The notes: generated by a model from the letters alone, not told the origin. Counted from the stretch's first letter, positions 1-12,600 are shown. The stretch: DNA of 64,000 nucleotides from Azolla caroliniana (GCA_043228905.1 JBHGNT010000009.1:12338001-12402000), one strand, 5' to 3'. Numbers and translations: made by a program.

Positions 1-448
1 ACCCGGCCGGCAAGAAGGCTTAAGAAGGTCCACACCAGAGTGTGAAAGGGATAGTTTATTCAGGAACTGTTGTAATTAGTAGTCTTAATATATATGAGAA
101 GATGTGGAAGGACGGACCGGAATCGGTGTGCCGATCCGGATCCGGACCGATCCCGAAAAGGTGCTGGTTGGCACCGTTTTGTACTTCGCACTGGAGACCT
201 ATATAATGGACCGGTTACAATGTAATCGACATCGGATAATTAATAGAACTTATTGCCTTAATCCTTCAGTATTGATTACCGTTCTGTACTCATTGTTATA
301 TCTTACGCGTGTTAATGATGTGTTGCTAAGTAATCGATTAAGGTCTAATTAAACGTTGTGTCGTAAGTCATTCTGTCGTAACACCCTTTGGTGAAGTGTC
401 TTAAGTGGACACTTTGTGTTAGGCTGTTGTCCGGCCCTAGGATTAACA
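1..448 (+). repeat. 5' LTR of Gypsy-1 (first 4 nt outside the window)
   Basis: Colinear with 9197-9644, about 20 substitutions by eye (~95-96%). Ends …GATTAACA. TATA-like CTATATAA near 200. Confidence 0.95.
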
Positions 449-455
449 AAGTTTT

Positions 456-466
456 TGGCGACCACA
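456..466 (+). other. Primer-binding site, tRNA-Arg-like (TGGCGACCACA)
   Basis: TGG-starting motif 7 nt after the 5' LTR. Complementary to the recalled plant tRNA-Arg(UCG) 3' end …TGTGGTCG-CCA. Confidence 0.7.
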
Positions 467-499
467 ATTCCTGCACAATCGTAGTGAACAGCGGCGGGA

Positions 500-3400
500 A
501 TGGATGACTAGGCCAACAGACGACCCGGTTACAGAGAGAGCACGAAGACTTGTTGAACGATGAAGGCGGCGAGAGGCTTTCCAGCAAGCAGTGGAAGAAA
601 TCCGATCGGATCGATCATTTTCTAAAATGATCCGGAAAGTGGTGGAGGAGTTGCTCTGGTTGCAACAAGACGCCTACTCGGATGAAGGAAGTAGCTGAAG
701 CAGCCTTCGGGAAGCGGAATGCCTTCTCCAGGCCTTGGCCGGAAGAGACGGCGAATCTGAAGCATTTTCAGCGCTGGAATCGGATTCGGAAGGGGGTTAC
801 AGCACGCACACGAACTATCGCAGCAGTAATGACACCCCAGGAGGACCGGAGGACGAGGAGTCGGATACATTACCGACACCGGAACCAGAGTTGGCAGACC
901 GGGAACCTCCGATACTAGACGTGGAGTAACCTCCGGAGACGGAAGAAGACCGGCAAAGACCTTCAACACTAGAACTTGAGCCGGCAACCCCACAGGAAGA
1001 CCGGCAAAGACCTCCAACGCCGATGGAACAACAGGAAAGACCACGAACATCGCCAACCCGCGTACCGACACCGGACGACGACATGCCGTTCCAGTACTCC
1101 AAGTATAGGGATGACCCGAATGCGGAGGCTCATGTCCACGCATTTCAACAAACATGGGAGGCGAACCATGTGTCACAACGGTTAACTGCGGCCGAAGAGG
1201 AACAATCTAAGATAGCCGAATTCGGCGTGACATTGGAAGGACTGGCCGCCAGATGGCACCGGACGCAGGACCCCAGCACAATCACCACCTTTGCGGACCT
1301 GAAAGATAAATTCTTGCACTTCTTTCAGAAGGAGGTGGACCGGAGAGAAATGGTGGGCCTATTTTATACCATCCGGCAGAACCCCGAGGAGAGCATTCCG
1401 CAGTTTGTCATTTGGTTTTAGTGGATGCACAGTCAGCTTACCCGCGCACCTCCGGAGGAAGAAACACGGGCTATATTCTTAGCCACGCTCCGAGAACCTC
1501 TACGAACGGTATGCACGGTCATTGACTTTCGCACAAGCACCGTCGACTAGGTCATCGACCGGGTTAGAGAAATGGAGAAAACGAGCTCTTGGCTAACAAT
1601 GGGAGCCCTCCAATGAGCATTACCAACCGATGAGGATCTCCGGTTCCGACAAGCAATCCAATGCACGACCTGCTTGAATTCCAGACACTCGGCATTGGAG
1701 TGCACCATGCAGACGCACTGCTTACTCTGCCAATCTACGAGCCACACGATGGACCGGTGCGAATATAACTTATTGAATCGGCAAGCACCACCAGTCTGGA
1801 AAATCGAGCCACGTAGCAACTGAGACGAACGCTGGCGGCGAGAGGAGTGATATCGACCGGCACAGGATGTCCGGTACGACGATCGGCAAGACAACTATGA
1901 CCGGTACAAGAGATATGACGGGTACCGAGATTACAATGGATGGTACGAGAATCACAACCGGGATCACTCCCCCGAATATCACCAACGACAGGAAGATTAC
2001 GGGAGATATGACGACCAACCCCGTCAAGGGTACCGCAACAAAAAGAACTTTAATAAAAAATGGCATTTCAAAAAAGGGAGCCACCCACGTGAACCGGAAA
2101 AAGGCACCTCAAGCAGCCAATCGGACCAAAGCCCTGCAGTTACCACAGGTCCTCCATCGGGTACAGGAAACAATGACGAATCCAGCAATACCCGGAAAGC
2201 ATATTGTTATTATTACTGGCAAGAAGGACATTATAGTAATCAATGTCCGGCAAAGAGCTATGACAAGCGACCGACAATAAACATGGTAGTCGCCGAAGTC
2301 GCGGACCTGCAGCAGGTTACCACAAGATCGAAAGGCAAGATGACAGAATGGGAGACACAAGAGGCCATCCGGAAGCAGGCAACGGAATGGGTGAAAAAGG
2401 CAAATGAGCGAAACGTAGCAGAACTTGTGCAGCAAACGGGGAACACCTCGCTGGCAGCAGTTAGACCGAAAATGTGACTTGGCATGCATTGCAGGAGTGC
2501 CAAATCACGTTGCCATTAGGACGGCTCCTTCAACTAGTGCCCAGATTCATAGAAGGACTCAAGACAGGCATGACGACAGGAGAAACACCACCGGCACCAA
2601 CATTCTTCTCAAATCCGGAGGAGGGACCGGCGGTGGTAGACACAAACAGTTCGGCGATCACAGCCATCGTGAAGGGAAAGGAGTTACCCAGAACAGTAAT
2701 AGATGGAGGATCCGGCGTCAATATGATTAGCCTCCGAACATGCACAACCTTGGGTATCAAAGAGTGGGAACCATGCCCATTCTGGCTACGGATGGCGGAT
2801 ACAAGCTTAGTGCGACCGACCGGCTTGATACGAGATTTGTAAGTAACAATCGGTGGCTACACATTTCGCATCTCAGTAGTAGTGATACAATTACAGGCAC
2901 AGGGAGCTTACCCGCTATTGTTGGGGCGGTCGTGGCTAAAAACGGCACACATTAAACAAAATTGGAGAAAGAATGTAATCACCTTCCGGCGGGGAAAAGC
3001 AAAAGTACGGGTACCGACACAACCACGGATGGGTACCAAGAAGGAATTAACACCCCTATATGCCGAATGTGTCAATATGTTGGATGGATTAGCAGACGAA
3101 GAGGTGGATCAATACTTGCAAGATAATCCGAAGATAGTACCCCTGTTCGAAATTGACGTAGCTAAAGTCGTATCACCATACTGCCACCAGACGGAGCAGA
3201 CGAAGAACCAAATAAAGAAGCGATCCGGGAGCTACGGCAAGAACAAGAAGCGCTGGAAAGAGAAAAGGCCGTATCACAACGGGTTAAAGCATCCCAACTG
3301 GAGGAGGTCAATCTAGGAACTACGAAAGAGGCAAGATCGGTGCAGATAGCCAAGGAAATGAGTACGGAGAATAGAACGGTGATGATTACACTTCTCAAAG

Positions 3401-5969
3401 AGTTTTGGGATGTGTTTTCCTGGTCTTACGAGGATATGAGAGGGCTCGATCCTCAGCTATATCAGCATCAGATACATCTGAGCAAAGACGCCAAACCGGT
3501 AGCACAGCGACGGTACCGAATGAATCCCAACTACGCCGCCAAAGTCAAGGAGGAAATCGATAAGTTGCTGAGAGTTAGCTTTATCCGTCCCATAAAGAAA
3601 TCGACATGGTTGAGCCCGATAGTAGTCGTACCGAAGAAATACAGCAAAATTAGAGTATGTGTCGACTACCGGAAGCTTAATGCGGCGACGGTAACTGATG
3701 CATTTCCACTTCCATTTACGGATGGAGTTTTGGACGCAGTCGCCGGCCATGAGGTATATAGTTTTTTAGATGGATGACCCCGATGACCAGGAGAAAACGG
3801 CTTTCGACACTGAATGGGGAGTGTTTGTTGCCGTAGTGATGATGTACGGACTCAAAACGGCGTCGACAATGTTCTAGAGGATCATCATGGAAATATTCGG
3901 AGAATTCATACCGGCATTCATGCAAGTGTTCCTCGACGACTTCGCCGTTTACAGCCGGGAAGGAGACCACCTTCAGCACCTCCGACTGTGTCTAGAAAAG
4001 TGTAGGGCTTACCGGCTAAGCCTGAATCCGGCGAAGTGTGTATTCGGTGTGTCCAACGGAACGCTACTGGGGCACATTGTGAGCAAGGAGGGCATCGCCG
4101 TGGATCCGGACAAAGTAAAAGCAATCCTGGAGGCACTGGCACCAAAAACGGCAAAGGCATTGAGCCGTTTCTTAGGCCAAATCCGTTAGCATAGCCGAAT
4201 GCTCCGGTATTTGTTGGCACTATTTATTGGGAAGAAATTTTTCCTTCCATGTAGATCACTCGGCACTCCTCTACCTAGTGTCCAAAGCGTCACTTACCGG
4301 TAAGTTGGCCCGGTGGACTTTGCTATTACAGGAATTCGAATTCGAGATATTCCACCGACCCGGCATACAGCATGCGGTAGTAGATTATTTAAGCTGGTTA
4401 GATTCCGGCGAAACCGGCGACGGGGTACCGGACGAGTTTCCGGATGCTGAGCTATTTCAAGTCACTGCGGAAACGGCAACAGATGAAACGGTGGCACCAG
4501 AAGATAGGTGGCTAACAAATATGCACCAATTTCTGAGCACCGGATTGCCTCTGGAGGAGATGAACCGGGACGAGAGGAAACGTCTGGCGGTACAAAGCCG
4601 ACATTTCTGTTTATTACGGGACACGCTATACCACAAAGGTGCGGACGGTATATGGTGACGAGCGGTGCATAGAGACGAGAAAGAGGTAATACTACGGGAA
4701 GCACACTGCAGAGTCGTTGGAGGCCATTATGCCGGGGATGCTACGACAAGGAAGATATGGCAAAGTGGCCGATGGTGGCCGACTAAATTGAGAGTCGCAG
4801 TCCGGTACGCGAAAGAGTGTGATCTATGCCAGCGAATGGGCCAGCCAATGGAACAAGCTAGGATGCCTCACCAGCCATTACTACCGCTAGAACCATTTCA
4901 GAAATGGGGACTAGATTTTGTCGGACCATTTAAACCACCGGCAATGAGAACTGGCAACCGGTATGTGATCGTCGCGACGGACTATTACACTAAATGGGTG
5001 GAAGCCAAAGCCCTACGAGACAACACCATGGCGTCGACGACAAAATTCTTATATGAATTCATTTGGTGCCGGTACGGATGCCCCATAGAGCTAATAAGCG
5101 ACCAACGAGGGCACTTTCTTGGACAAGTAGTGGAGAGCTTGACGTCATTCTATGCGGTAGTACATAAACGGAGCACCCCATACTACTCACAAGCCAGCGG
5201 ATTAGCTGAGTCAACAAACAAAACACTACAGAATATCCTACGCAAGATCGTCAATGAAAATCGGACAGATTGGGACACGAAGCTGCACAGTGCGCTCTGG
5301 GCTTACCGGATAGCGTACAAAACAAGCATCCGAACAACGCCGTTCCGGTTAGCATTCGGATTGGAGGCAGTCATGTCGGTTGAGTTCCAGGTACCGAGCT
5401 TACGGATTCAAATTCGGGAATGACTCAATGAAAAGGAATCGGAGGCAATTCGGTTAAAGGCTCTGTGTGAACTAGACCGACTAGCGAGCATCATGCACCT
5501 GGAATTGGAACAACGGCGACGGAAAGCATTTGTAGATCGGCACCGGAAGGGAAACGAAAAGATGTTCGAAATCGGCAAGCCGGTACTAGTGTTCAAGACC
5601 CGGATGGGTAAAATGCCAGGCAAACTACGGTTTAGATGGACCGACCCGTACTAGATCACAGGCGGGTTCAATGGATCTTACAAGTTAGGGACACTTGCCT
5701 GCGAGGTGCTGGGTAAATGGGTCAACGGATTTAAACTAATGCCATACAAAGGACCTATGCCTAAGAACCCATTTGAACAAAGGGCCGCCACCGAATTAGA
5801 CGCCGATAGGCCAACCACGACGGCAACCCGAGAGGAAAACGGCTACCGCCAAGCCGGTAAGGAGGAGCACCAGCCGACAACTGGGGGAATCATAACAACG
5901 GCAAACCGTCAAGAGGCCGGCAAGGTACACGTTTCGGATAAGGGTCCGACAGGACCAGAGAAAAATTAA
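500..5969 (+). pseudogene. Gypsy-1 gag-pol, disrupted by stops, frameshifts and internal deletions
   Basis: Gag fragment 1023-1421, Cys/His knuckles ~1660-1770 and ~2205-2250, protease 2474-2842, RT 3340-4189, RNase H C-terminal remnant 4227-4400, integrase 4665-5423, KLRFRW and VNGFKL motifs at the C-terminus. Confidence 0.92.
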
Positions 5970-6367
5970 CCAAACAATTAATTTTACAATAAAGAAAAAA
6001 AAAACGAATCAAAGAAATCATGGAAAGGAGTGGTGGAAACGACCATGCAAACGAGTAAAGAGGCACGTCGAAAAGGTACGAGGAGGCGATGAATAGGACA
6101 TTAAACCACCACCACATGGCACGCAATACTATTATAGTACACGACCTGCACATGCGGAGGCTCGAAAAAGGCGCCAAGATGTAGAGAGAAAATCCCCCAC
6201 GCATCAAGACCTTCTCCTTTCGCGAACCAAGGAGAACAGACGCAAACAGACGCGTGAAGATCAATCGAAGAGAGCTCACGCACAAAGAACCCCCTCACTC
6301 AGAACTTTCTCTCTCACACTCTCCCCACCATCAAACCTCGCCAACGCTCTCCGACCTCGACACAGAG

Positions 6368-9138
6368 ATGGACTGCCAAACACTATCTGAAGCCGCCAAG
6401 AAATGGCTATGGCAACACGGGCTGGAGGGTTTCTTGACGATCATGGAAGCGGCGCTACACAAGGAGGCCGAAAAGATTATCAAAGAAATCGACACAGAGG
6501 TGATCATGGAGGAGGCGATCCGTGCGTTAATAGGCCTTCCGGAGGGGGGCATCTACACGATCGACAATCCTACCTCCGAGCAGCTCATCAAATATTTCGG
6601 TGAGTATTCTCTCGCCAGCAAAGGCTACAGGACACAAGGCGGCGAAGACATGTTATTCTGCGAAATTGCCCGTGTACTCCATGAGTTCGGCCATGTATAC
6701 CCTCGACCCCCTGTTATGCCTCAGAACCAAGCAGGCTTGATTATCGCGACGTACGAAGGGGTCAAGGTGGATTGGCCGGTGCTGATCACCGACGGGTTGT
6801 GTACGGCTATTGATATCGTAAGAGGAAAGGACGACAAGGAAGGCCGGAAAATATGGCATGCGGTGACGCAATGGCTCACCTTATTGGTGCCACCGGTCGA
6901 GCCCGTCCAGACCAAGAAGCAGGGAAGAGCAACGGACAGCACCCCGAAACCTGCTTCGAAACGGCAACAATTGTTGGCCTCCAAGGCCACTAAGGGGAAG
7001 ACGGCCGACGCAAAGACGGCGGCAAAGGAGCGCGCCAACCGAAAGCGGCCAACGGATACACACGAGGAGACACTGGCACGGCCCCTGAGGAGCCCACTCA
7101 ACCGACTAGTGCAGCAAGAAACAGACACCCTGGCGGCAAGAATGAATGTCGGGACTTAGGCAGAGGAAATGGAGGAAGAACCCACAGAGCACCTCCAACG
7201 GCGGCCGGTGAAGAGCACCGTTGAATCAACCGGGAAGCGTTCGGACCCACAAAAGGATGGAACGCCCGCAACTCATACTGAGCATCCCACGCCAAGGGAG
7301 GCACCGGAACCGGTTCAGATGGAACCAGTCATAGAAGTCCCTGCACAACATGCCAACCTCCTCAGCTGGCTAAGAACAAGCAGACAAGGGGCGGCTAGCC
7401 GAAACACACCTAGAGCCGGAACGGCAAAGTGGTCAGCAAGCAGAACCAGAAGTGCAGCTGGACGCAGTCAAGCGGGACCAACCACCGGCAAGTGAACCCA
7501 TCAACCAACCCGTCGTGCAGACGCAACAATAGTGCACCGGCACCCAATGGCTCTGGTGGATAGGAGAACAAATTGCCGAAGTAGTCGAATGCATAGAGGC
7601 GGAAGAAAGAGCACAAACGGAACGGTTGCTCGTCACAACCGATGAACTGGAGATGTCTCGATCAAGGATCCGGAGCCTTGAACAAGACTTGGATCGGATT
7701 ACCGAAGACATGGACAAAATGGCCTTAACCGCAACGCAAATCCAAGCACCGGTGACTCCGGTTGATGTACATATGAATAAGACCCCGGAGACAGAAACTG
7801 TCCCAGAGAAAGATGCGGTGCAAGTCCAAGAGCTTGCGGAATTACGTGATGAACTTGCCGCACAAGAAGCATTACGGAGCCGCAAATGCGACTTGAAGAA
7901 GGCGGCCGAAGAAGAATTAAAGAAGACTGCTGAGAACCTCCGCCGGACAGAGGAAAACCTGCGTAAACGACATCACGCGTTCGACCGGCTAAAGGAGGAA
8001 AAAGAGAAATTGCTGTAGGAGAAAGACAAGCTGCGACGGATGGTGGAGACGGAAATTGAAAGGCTGAAGGAAGAACTCTGTCAATAGAAGAACCGGGAGG
8101 GAGGACAGCGCGCGCCGGCAGATCAACCAGAGGCTGAAGCAGAAGACCGATGATTTTGATCATCTGCACCGGGACTACAAGCAGCTAGAGATGGATTATA
8201 AGCAATAGCAGGAACGAATGGCCGAGCTCCGGCAAGAAGTTGATAGGGCCACAACGGCACTCGCTGACGAACGAGCTGAGAGTTCCAAGTTATTGAAGGA
8301 AGCGGCGATGGACCGAATGGAGCTCCACAAGCAGAACCATGAAGAAAAGAAAAGGGTGACAATGGTGTTACAGAGGTTACAAACAACCTATCAAAGTCAA
8401 TTGTCGCATTATAGGGAGCAGGAGGTAGACACGGTTAGAATCATCAAGCAATTGAAAGAGGAGCGACAAGCCGCGGAGAACAAATCGCGGATGGGAACCG
8501 AACGGATCTAGTGCATCCTCCGGGCATGGCTCACCAAGCCCAAACACTTGATTGACGAGAGCTCTGTGCAATGGTGGACGAAATGGGCGCAGAATCCGGC
8601 GAAACTCCAATTGCTCAGGGAGGACGTGGAAAACCGGCGGAAGGAGGGTGAGGACTGTTATACGCGGACATCGGAGGACTTCACCGCCATAAGGGATGAG
8701 CTGGCCGAAGATTTCACAGCCCTGGCGGATGAACAATTGGGACAGGTTCGGCAGCTCGTACCTCAGCTGGACGACGATCGGTTGGAGGGTCAAATCCAGT
8801 TTGAAAGCTATGAGAGGTCCCGACTTCGGGAATAAAAAGCAAGGAAGACGGCAACGGTCAACCTTAGTGATGAGGAACCGTCGCCGGTACAAGGACCAGA
8901 CGGGGACCAAGCCGGGGTCAGTCAGCCAGAGACAACTCCGACGGAGGAACCAACGAAGGAAACGCCGGTGCCAGAGCGACAAACGGAGCCGCAGCCCCAA
9001 ACGGAGAAGGCACAAATGGAGCAGCCACAACCACAAACGGAACAACAGCCACAACACCCACAACAGCAACAACAGATTCCCGACGAGCCATTGGAAATTC
9101 TAGAGCAAAGCATTCTGGACATTTTGGACGAAGCGTAA
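6368..9138 (+). pseudogene. Gypsy-1 additional ORF (ORF3) between integrase and 3' LTR: globular N-terminus, low-complexity linker, long coiled coil
   Basis: Consecutive plus-strand ORF pieces 6254-7159, 7169-7495, 7626-8018, 8218-8511, 8548-8835, ending ILDILDEA* at 9138. A homologous C-terminal half is at ~32345-33566. Confidence 0.8.
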
Positions 9139-9173
9139 AAGGGCCGGATAATGGGTTCGATGTACAAGGTACT

Positions 9174-9190
9174 GTCCCACGGGCGTGCCA
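9174..9190 (-). other. Inverted tRNA-Arg-like primer-binding site at the position normally occupied by the PPT
   Basis: Plus strand GTCCCACGGGCGTGCCA + TG + LTR. Minus strand reads LTR-CA-TGGCACGCCCGTGGGAC. No purine tract adjacent to the LTR. Confidence 0.75.
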
Positions 9191-9192
9191 TG

Positions 9193-9644
9193 TGTTACCC
9201 GGCCGACAAGAAGGCTTAAGAAGGTCCAGACCAGAGTGTGAAAGGGATAGATTATTCGGGAACTGTTGTAATTAGTAGTCTTAATATATATGAGAAGATG
9301 TGGACGGACGGACCGGAATCAGTATGCCGATCCGGATCCGGACCGATCCCGAAAAGGTGCCGGTTGGCACCGTTTTGTACTTCGCACCGGAGACCTATAT
9401 AAAGGCCCGATTACAATGTAATCGACATCGGATAATTAATAGAACTTATTGCCTTAATCTTTCAGTATTGATTACCATTCTGTACTCATTGTTATATCTT
9501 ACACGTGTTGATGATGTGTTGCTAAGTAATCGATTAAGGTCTAATTAAACGTTGTGTCGTAAGTCATTCTGTCGTAACACCCTTTGGTGAAGTGTCTTAA
9601 GTGGACACCCTGTGTTAGGTTGTTGTCTGGCCCTAGGATTAACA
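9193..9644 (+). repeat. 3' LTR of Gypsy-1 (452 bp)
   Basis: TGTTACCC…GGATTAACA, a repeat of 1-448. Confidence 0.95.
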
Positions 9645-12600
9645 GGGCGAACAGCTCCTGAGCTATATTTGGGATGCGAAAACGCCAAAGGATGCTTGGG
9701 GAAATCTGAAGAAGATCTTCGCTGCAAGCACCACAACCACGAAGCTTCATCTCCGACATGAGCTGAGCAATTTACGACAACGCGACTTGTCGGTGGCTGA
9801 TTACACCTCGAAGATCAAAGAGATATGCGACTCCTTAGCCTCTATCAATGTGAATGTCGAGGACAGCGAGATGGTGCAAATCAGTTTCGGGGGACTGACA
9901 TCGAAGTTCGGAGCGTTCCGAACTGCTATGTGTACATGGGAGAATACGCCGTCGTTTTTGGACGTACAGTCAATGCTCCTTATAGAGGAGAACCACGCGG
10001 GTGTGTCGACAAGCACGCATGCCGACAGTAAGATGTTGTACACAAAGGGAGACAGGCCCCGTGGTCGTGGCGGACGAGGCGAGTCGGTGCGCAATGGAGG
10101 CAGCCGACGACATCAAGGAAGAAGGCATCGAAGTGATGCCGACAGCAATTCCAGACCCTCCGGAAACAGGGGGAGTTGAGGCGACGAGAACCGGCAAGGG
10201 AAATCTGTCGCGGAATGATGGTACTATGGCAAAAAAGGCCACAAGGAGAGCGAGTGCTGGAAGAAGCGCCGATTTGGAGAGGACCGAATCCGGATCAGGT
10301 TCCAGACAAACCGACAAAGGGAATCGTTAGCGATCGCACTATGCCGAAATATCCGAAAAAGCCGAAAAAGGGTCAGTCTTTGTGATGAGACATGAAGCAA
10401 ACTCGATGAAGAAGATAACCCCGAAGTTGGACGAGGTGTGGTACATCGATTCCGGCACGTCAAACCACATGACGTGCCACAAGGAGTGGTTCTCATATCT
10501 GGAAAAACTGATGCAACCGGGAGTAGTTGCAACCGGAGACGACACTCCGCATCCGATCGCAAATGTCGGTGAAGTTCCCTTGAGCCATGTCGGGTAGAAA
10601 GGGAAACTTATGAACGTGTTACACGTCTTGACAATCATGAAGAATCTAGTGTTGGTCGGGTAGATTGTCGACCAGGGGATGTAAGTCCGGTTCATGCATC
10701 TTGGGTGCTTCATCGAGGAAGAAGGCCGAGTTATTGCTCAAGGGCACACAGATGGGAGGATGTTTATCCTCGACTCTAGTGACGGTGGCACTGCAATGTT
10801 CGCAAAAGGACAAAAATTCGAGTCGGATATCGACTTATGGCACAAGCGGCTAGGCCCGTCAACTATCAATGGCTTCAAGACCTGCAATCGAAACAGGTGG
10901 TGTTCGGATGGCCCAGATTTAGTGGCCGGAAGGCACGAATTTGTGAAGCCTGCCAGCTAGGGAAGCAACACCGACCTCCTTTCCCTAACGAGCGTAACCG
11001 GAGGCGGAACAAGCTCGACTTGATACATTCCGATGTATGGGGGATGCCACAGAACGTTAGTCTTGGCGGGAGTCGATATTTTGTCTCCTTCATCGACGAC
11101 TATACGCGGCACACGTGGATCTACCTCATCGAGAAGAAGAGTGAAGTCTTCGACTGTTTCTGGGACCTCAAAGGGTTCGTGGAAACGGAAATAGCACGAA
11201 AGATCAAGTGCTTGCGGTCGAATGGCGGAAAAGAGTATTTTTCCGGTCAATTCAACGATTATCTGCAATTGGTGGGAATTCAGCGCAAATTCAATTGTAG
11301 ATACACGCCAGAGCAAAATGGCGTGACCGAGAGGAAGAACCGGTCAATTGTAGAAGTGACGCAGGCAATGCTGGAGGAGAAGACCTTGCCGAAGTTCTAT
11401 TGGGCCGAGGCGGTACGAACCGCGGTGTACATTCAGAATCGGATCGGAGAAAAAGTGTCAGTGCATGAGCTGTACTTCGAAAGGAAGCCAAATCTGTGAC
11501 ACTTGAGAGTTTTTGATAGCATTGCGTATGTGCATGTGGCGAAGGTGAAACGGAGGAAGTGTATCTTGGTTGGCTATTCGGACAAGCAGAAGGGTTATAA
11601 GCGTTATAACCCTCGCACCAAACAAGCGCGCGTGAGCCACGACGTTGTGTTTGATGAGTCCTCGTCTTGGTACTTACCTCTGACTCCGGACCTCACCTCT
11701 AATCCGAGTTCTGACGATGAGGTCAGTGAGGCCGAGATGCCTCCAGATGAGCCTAAAATCGGGACCCATGAAGAGAGTCCGATTTCGTTTTGGTTAAGCA
11801 GACTGGATGGACAACTGAGTTCGTTCGACTAGTCCAATGAAGAGCCGGCGAGTAGTGGATACTCGGCCGTGCATTCCCCGCGGAGGAGGCCGAGGAGACG
11901 GCTTACGTGCAAGGAAAAAGGGAAGAAGAAGGTGTCCGATTACGGCTCGGATAAGAACGAGTCGAATCGACGCGAGTCCGACTCCGAGGGAAGTGATGAC
12001 GGGTCTTTGAGAGCGAAGTCCGTGTCTGCTAAGATAGCCTCAACATCGGCTAATGAGAAATTGTGTCAATCTACCCGCCAAAAGAACCCTCTTATGCGGT
12101 TCAAATACAATGAGTACATGGCGCATCACTATGCATACATGACCCATGTAGCGGAAGTGCGTGAACCGGAGAGCTATGCAAAAACGGCGAAGGACCCAAA
12201 TTGGCGGCCGCAATGGAGGAAGAGATGCCTGCATTAGCGGAGAATGAAACCTGGAACCTAGTTGACGCACCAAAAGATGTGAAGCTTATCGGATGTAGGT
12301 GGGTGTACAGGGTCAAGTACAAAATTGACAGCTTGGTCAACCGATACAATGTCCGGTTAGTAGCGAAAGGCTACGCGCAGAAACACGACATCGACTACGA
12401 TGAGACGTTTGCGTCAGTCGTGAAGATGACGACCGTCCGTGTTTTGCTCGCGTTAACTGCGGCAAAGGGGTGGCACTTACATCAGATGGATGTAAAGAAT
12501 GCATTCCTGCAAGGTGAGCTTGAGGAAGAGGTGTACATGGTACAGCCCCCCGGATTTCACTCTAGAACGAACACTTCGGCGGTGTGCCGATTGAAGAAGT

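Larger units (their letters stand above)
1..9644 (+). mobile_element. Ty3/Gypsy LTR retrotransposon, non-chromovirus (Athila/Tat-like), full length except the first 4 nt, decayed
   Basis: Direct repeats 1-448 and 9193-9644 (TGTTA…TAACA). Order gag-PR(IDGGSGVN)-RT(FLDD)-RH-IN(WGLDFVGP, HCDLC zinc finger region)-extra ORF. The right flank resumes a Copia gag. Confidence 0.95.

Noticed and set aside
104-352. 82-aa ORF repeated at 9300-9548, and similar repeated ORFs at 13044/17737 and 37379/43932
   Set aside because: They recur only because they lie in LTR pairs, and they have no protein features.
8377-9072. Leu/Arg-rich 231-aa antisense ORF that could look like a transmembrane env
   Set aside because: Antisense shadow of the Gln/Glu/Pro-rich ORF3 tail, with no evidence of conservation in Gypsy-2.
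9140-9190. A genuine tRNA gene upstream of the 3' LTR
   Set aside because: Only the 3' acceptor strand, an encoded CCA and an interrupted T-arm resemble tRNA. There is no anticodon arm or 5' acceptor strand, so it was treated as a priming signal instead.
1-9644. Idea that Gypsy-1 is really a minus-strand element with antisense gag-pol
   Set aside because: There is no PPT before the left LTR on the minus strand either, and the TATA-like motif, ORFs and forward PBS all point to plus-strand transcription.
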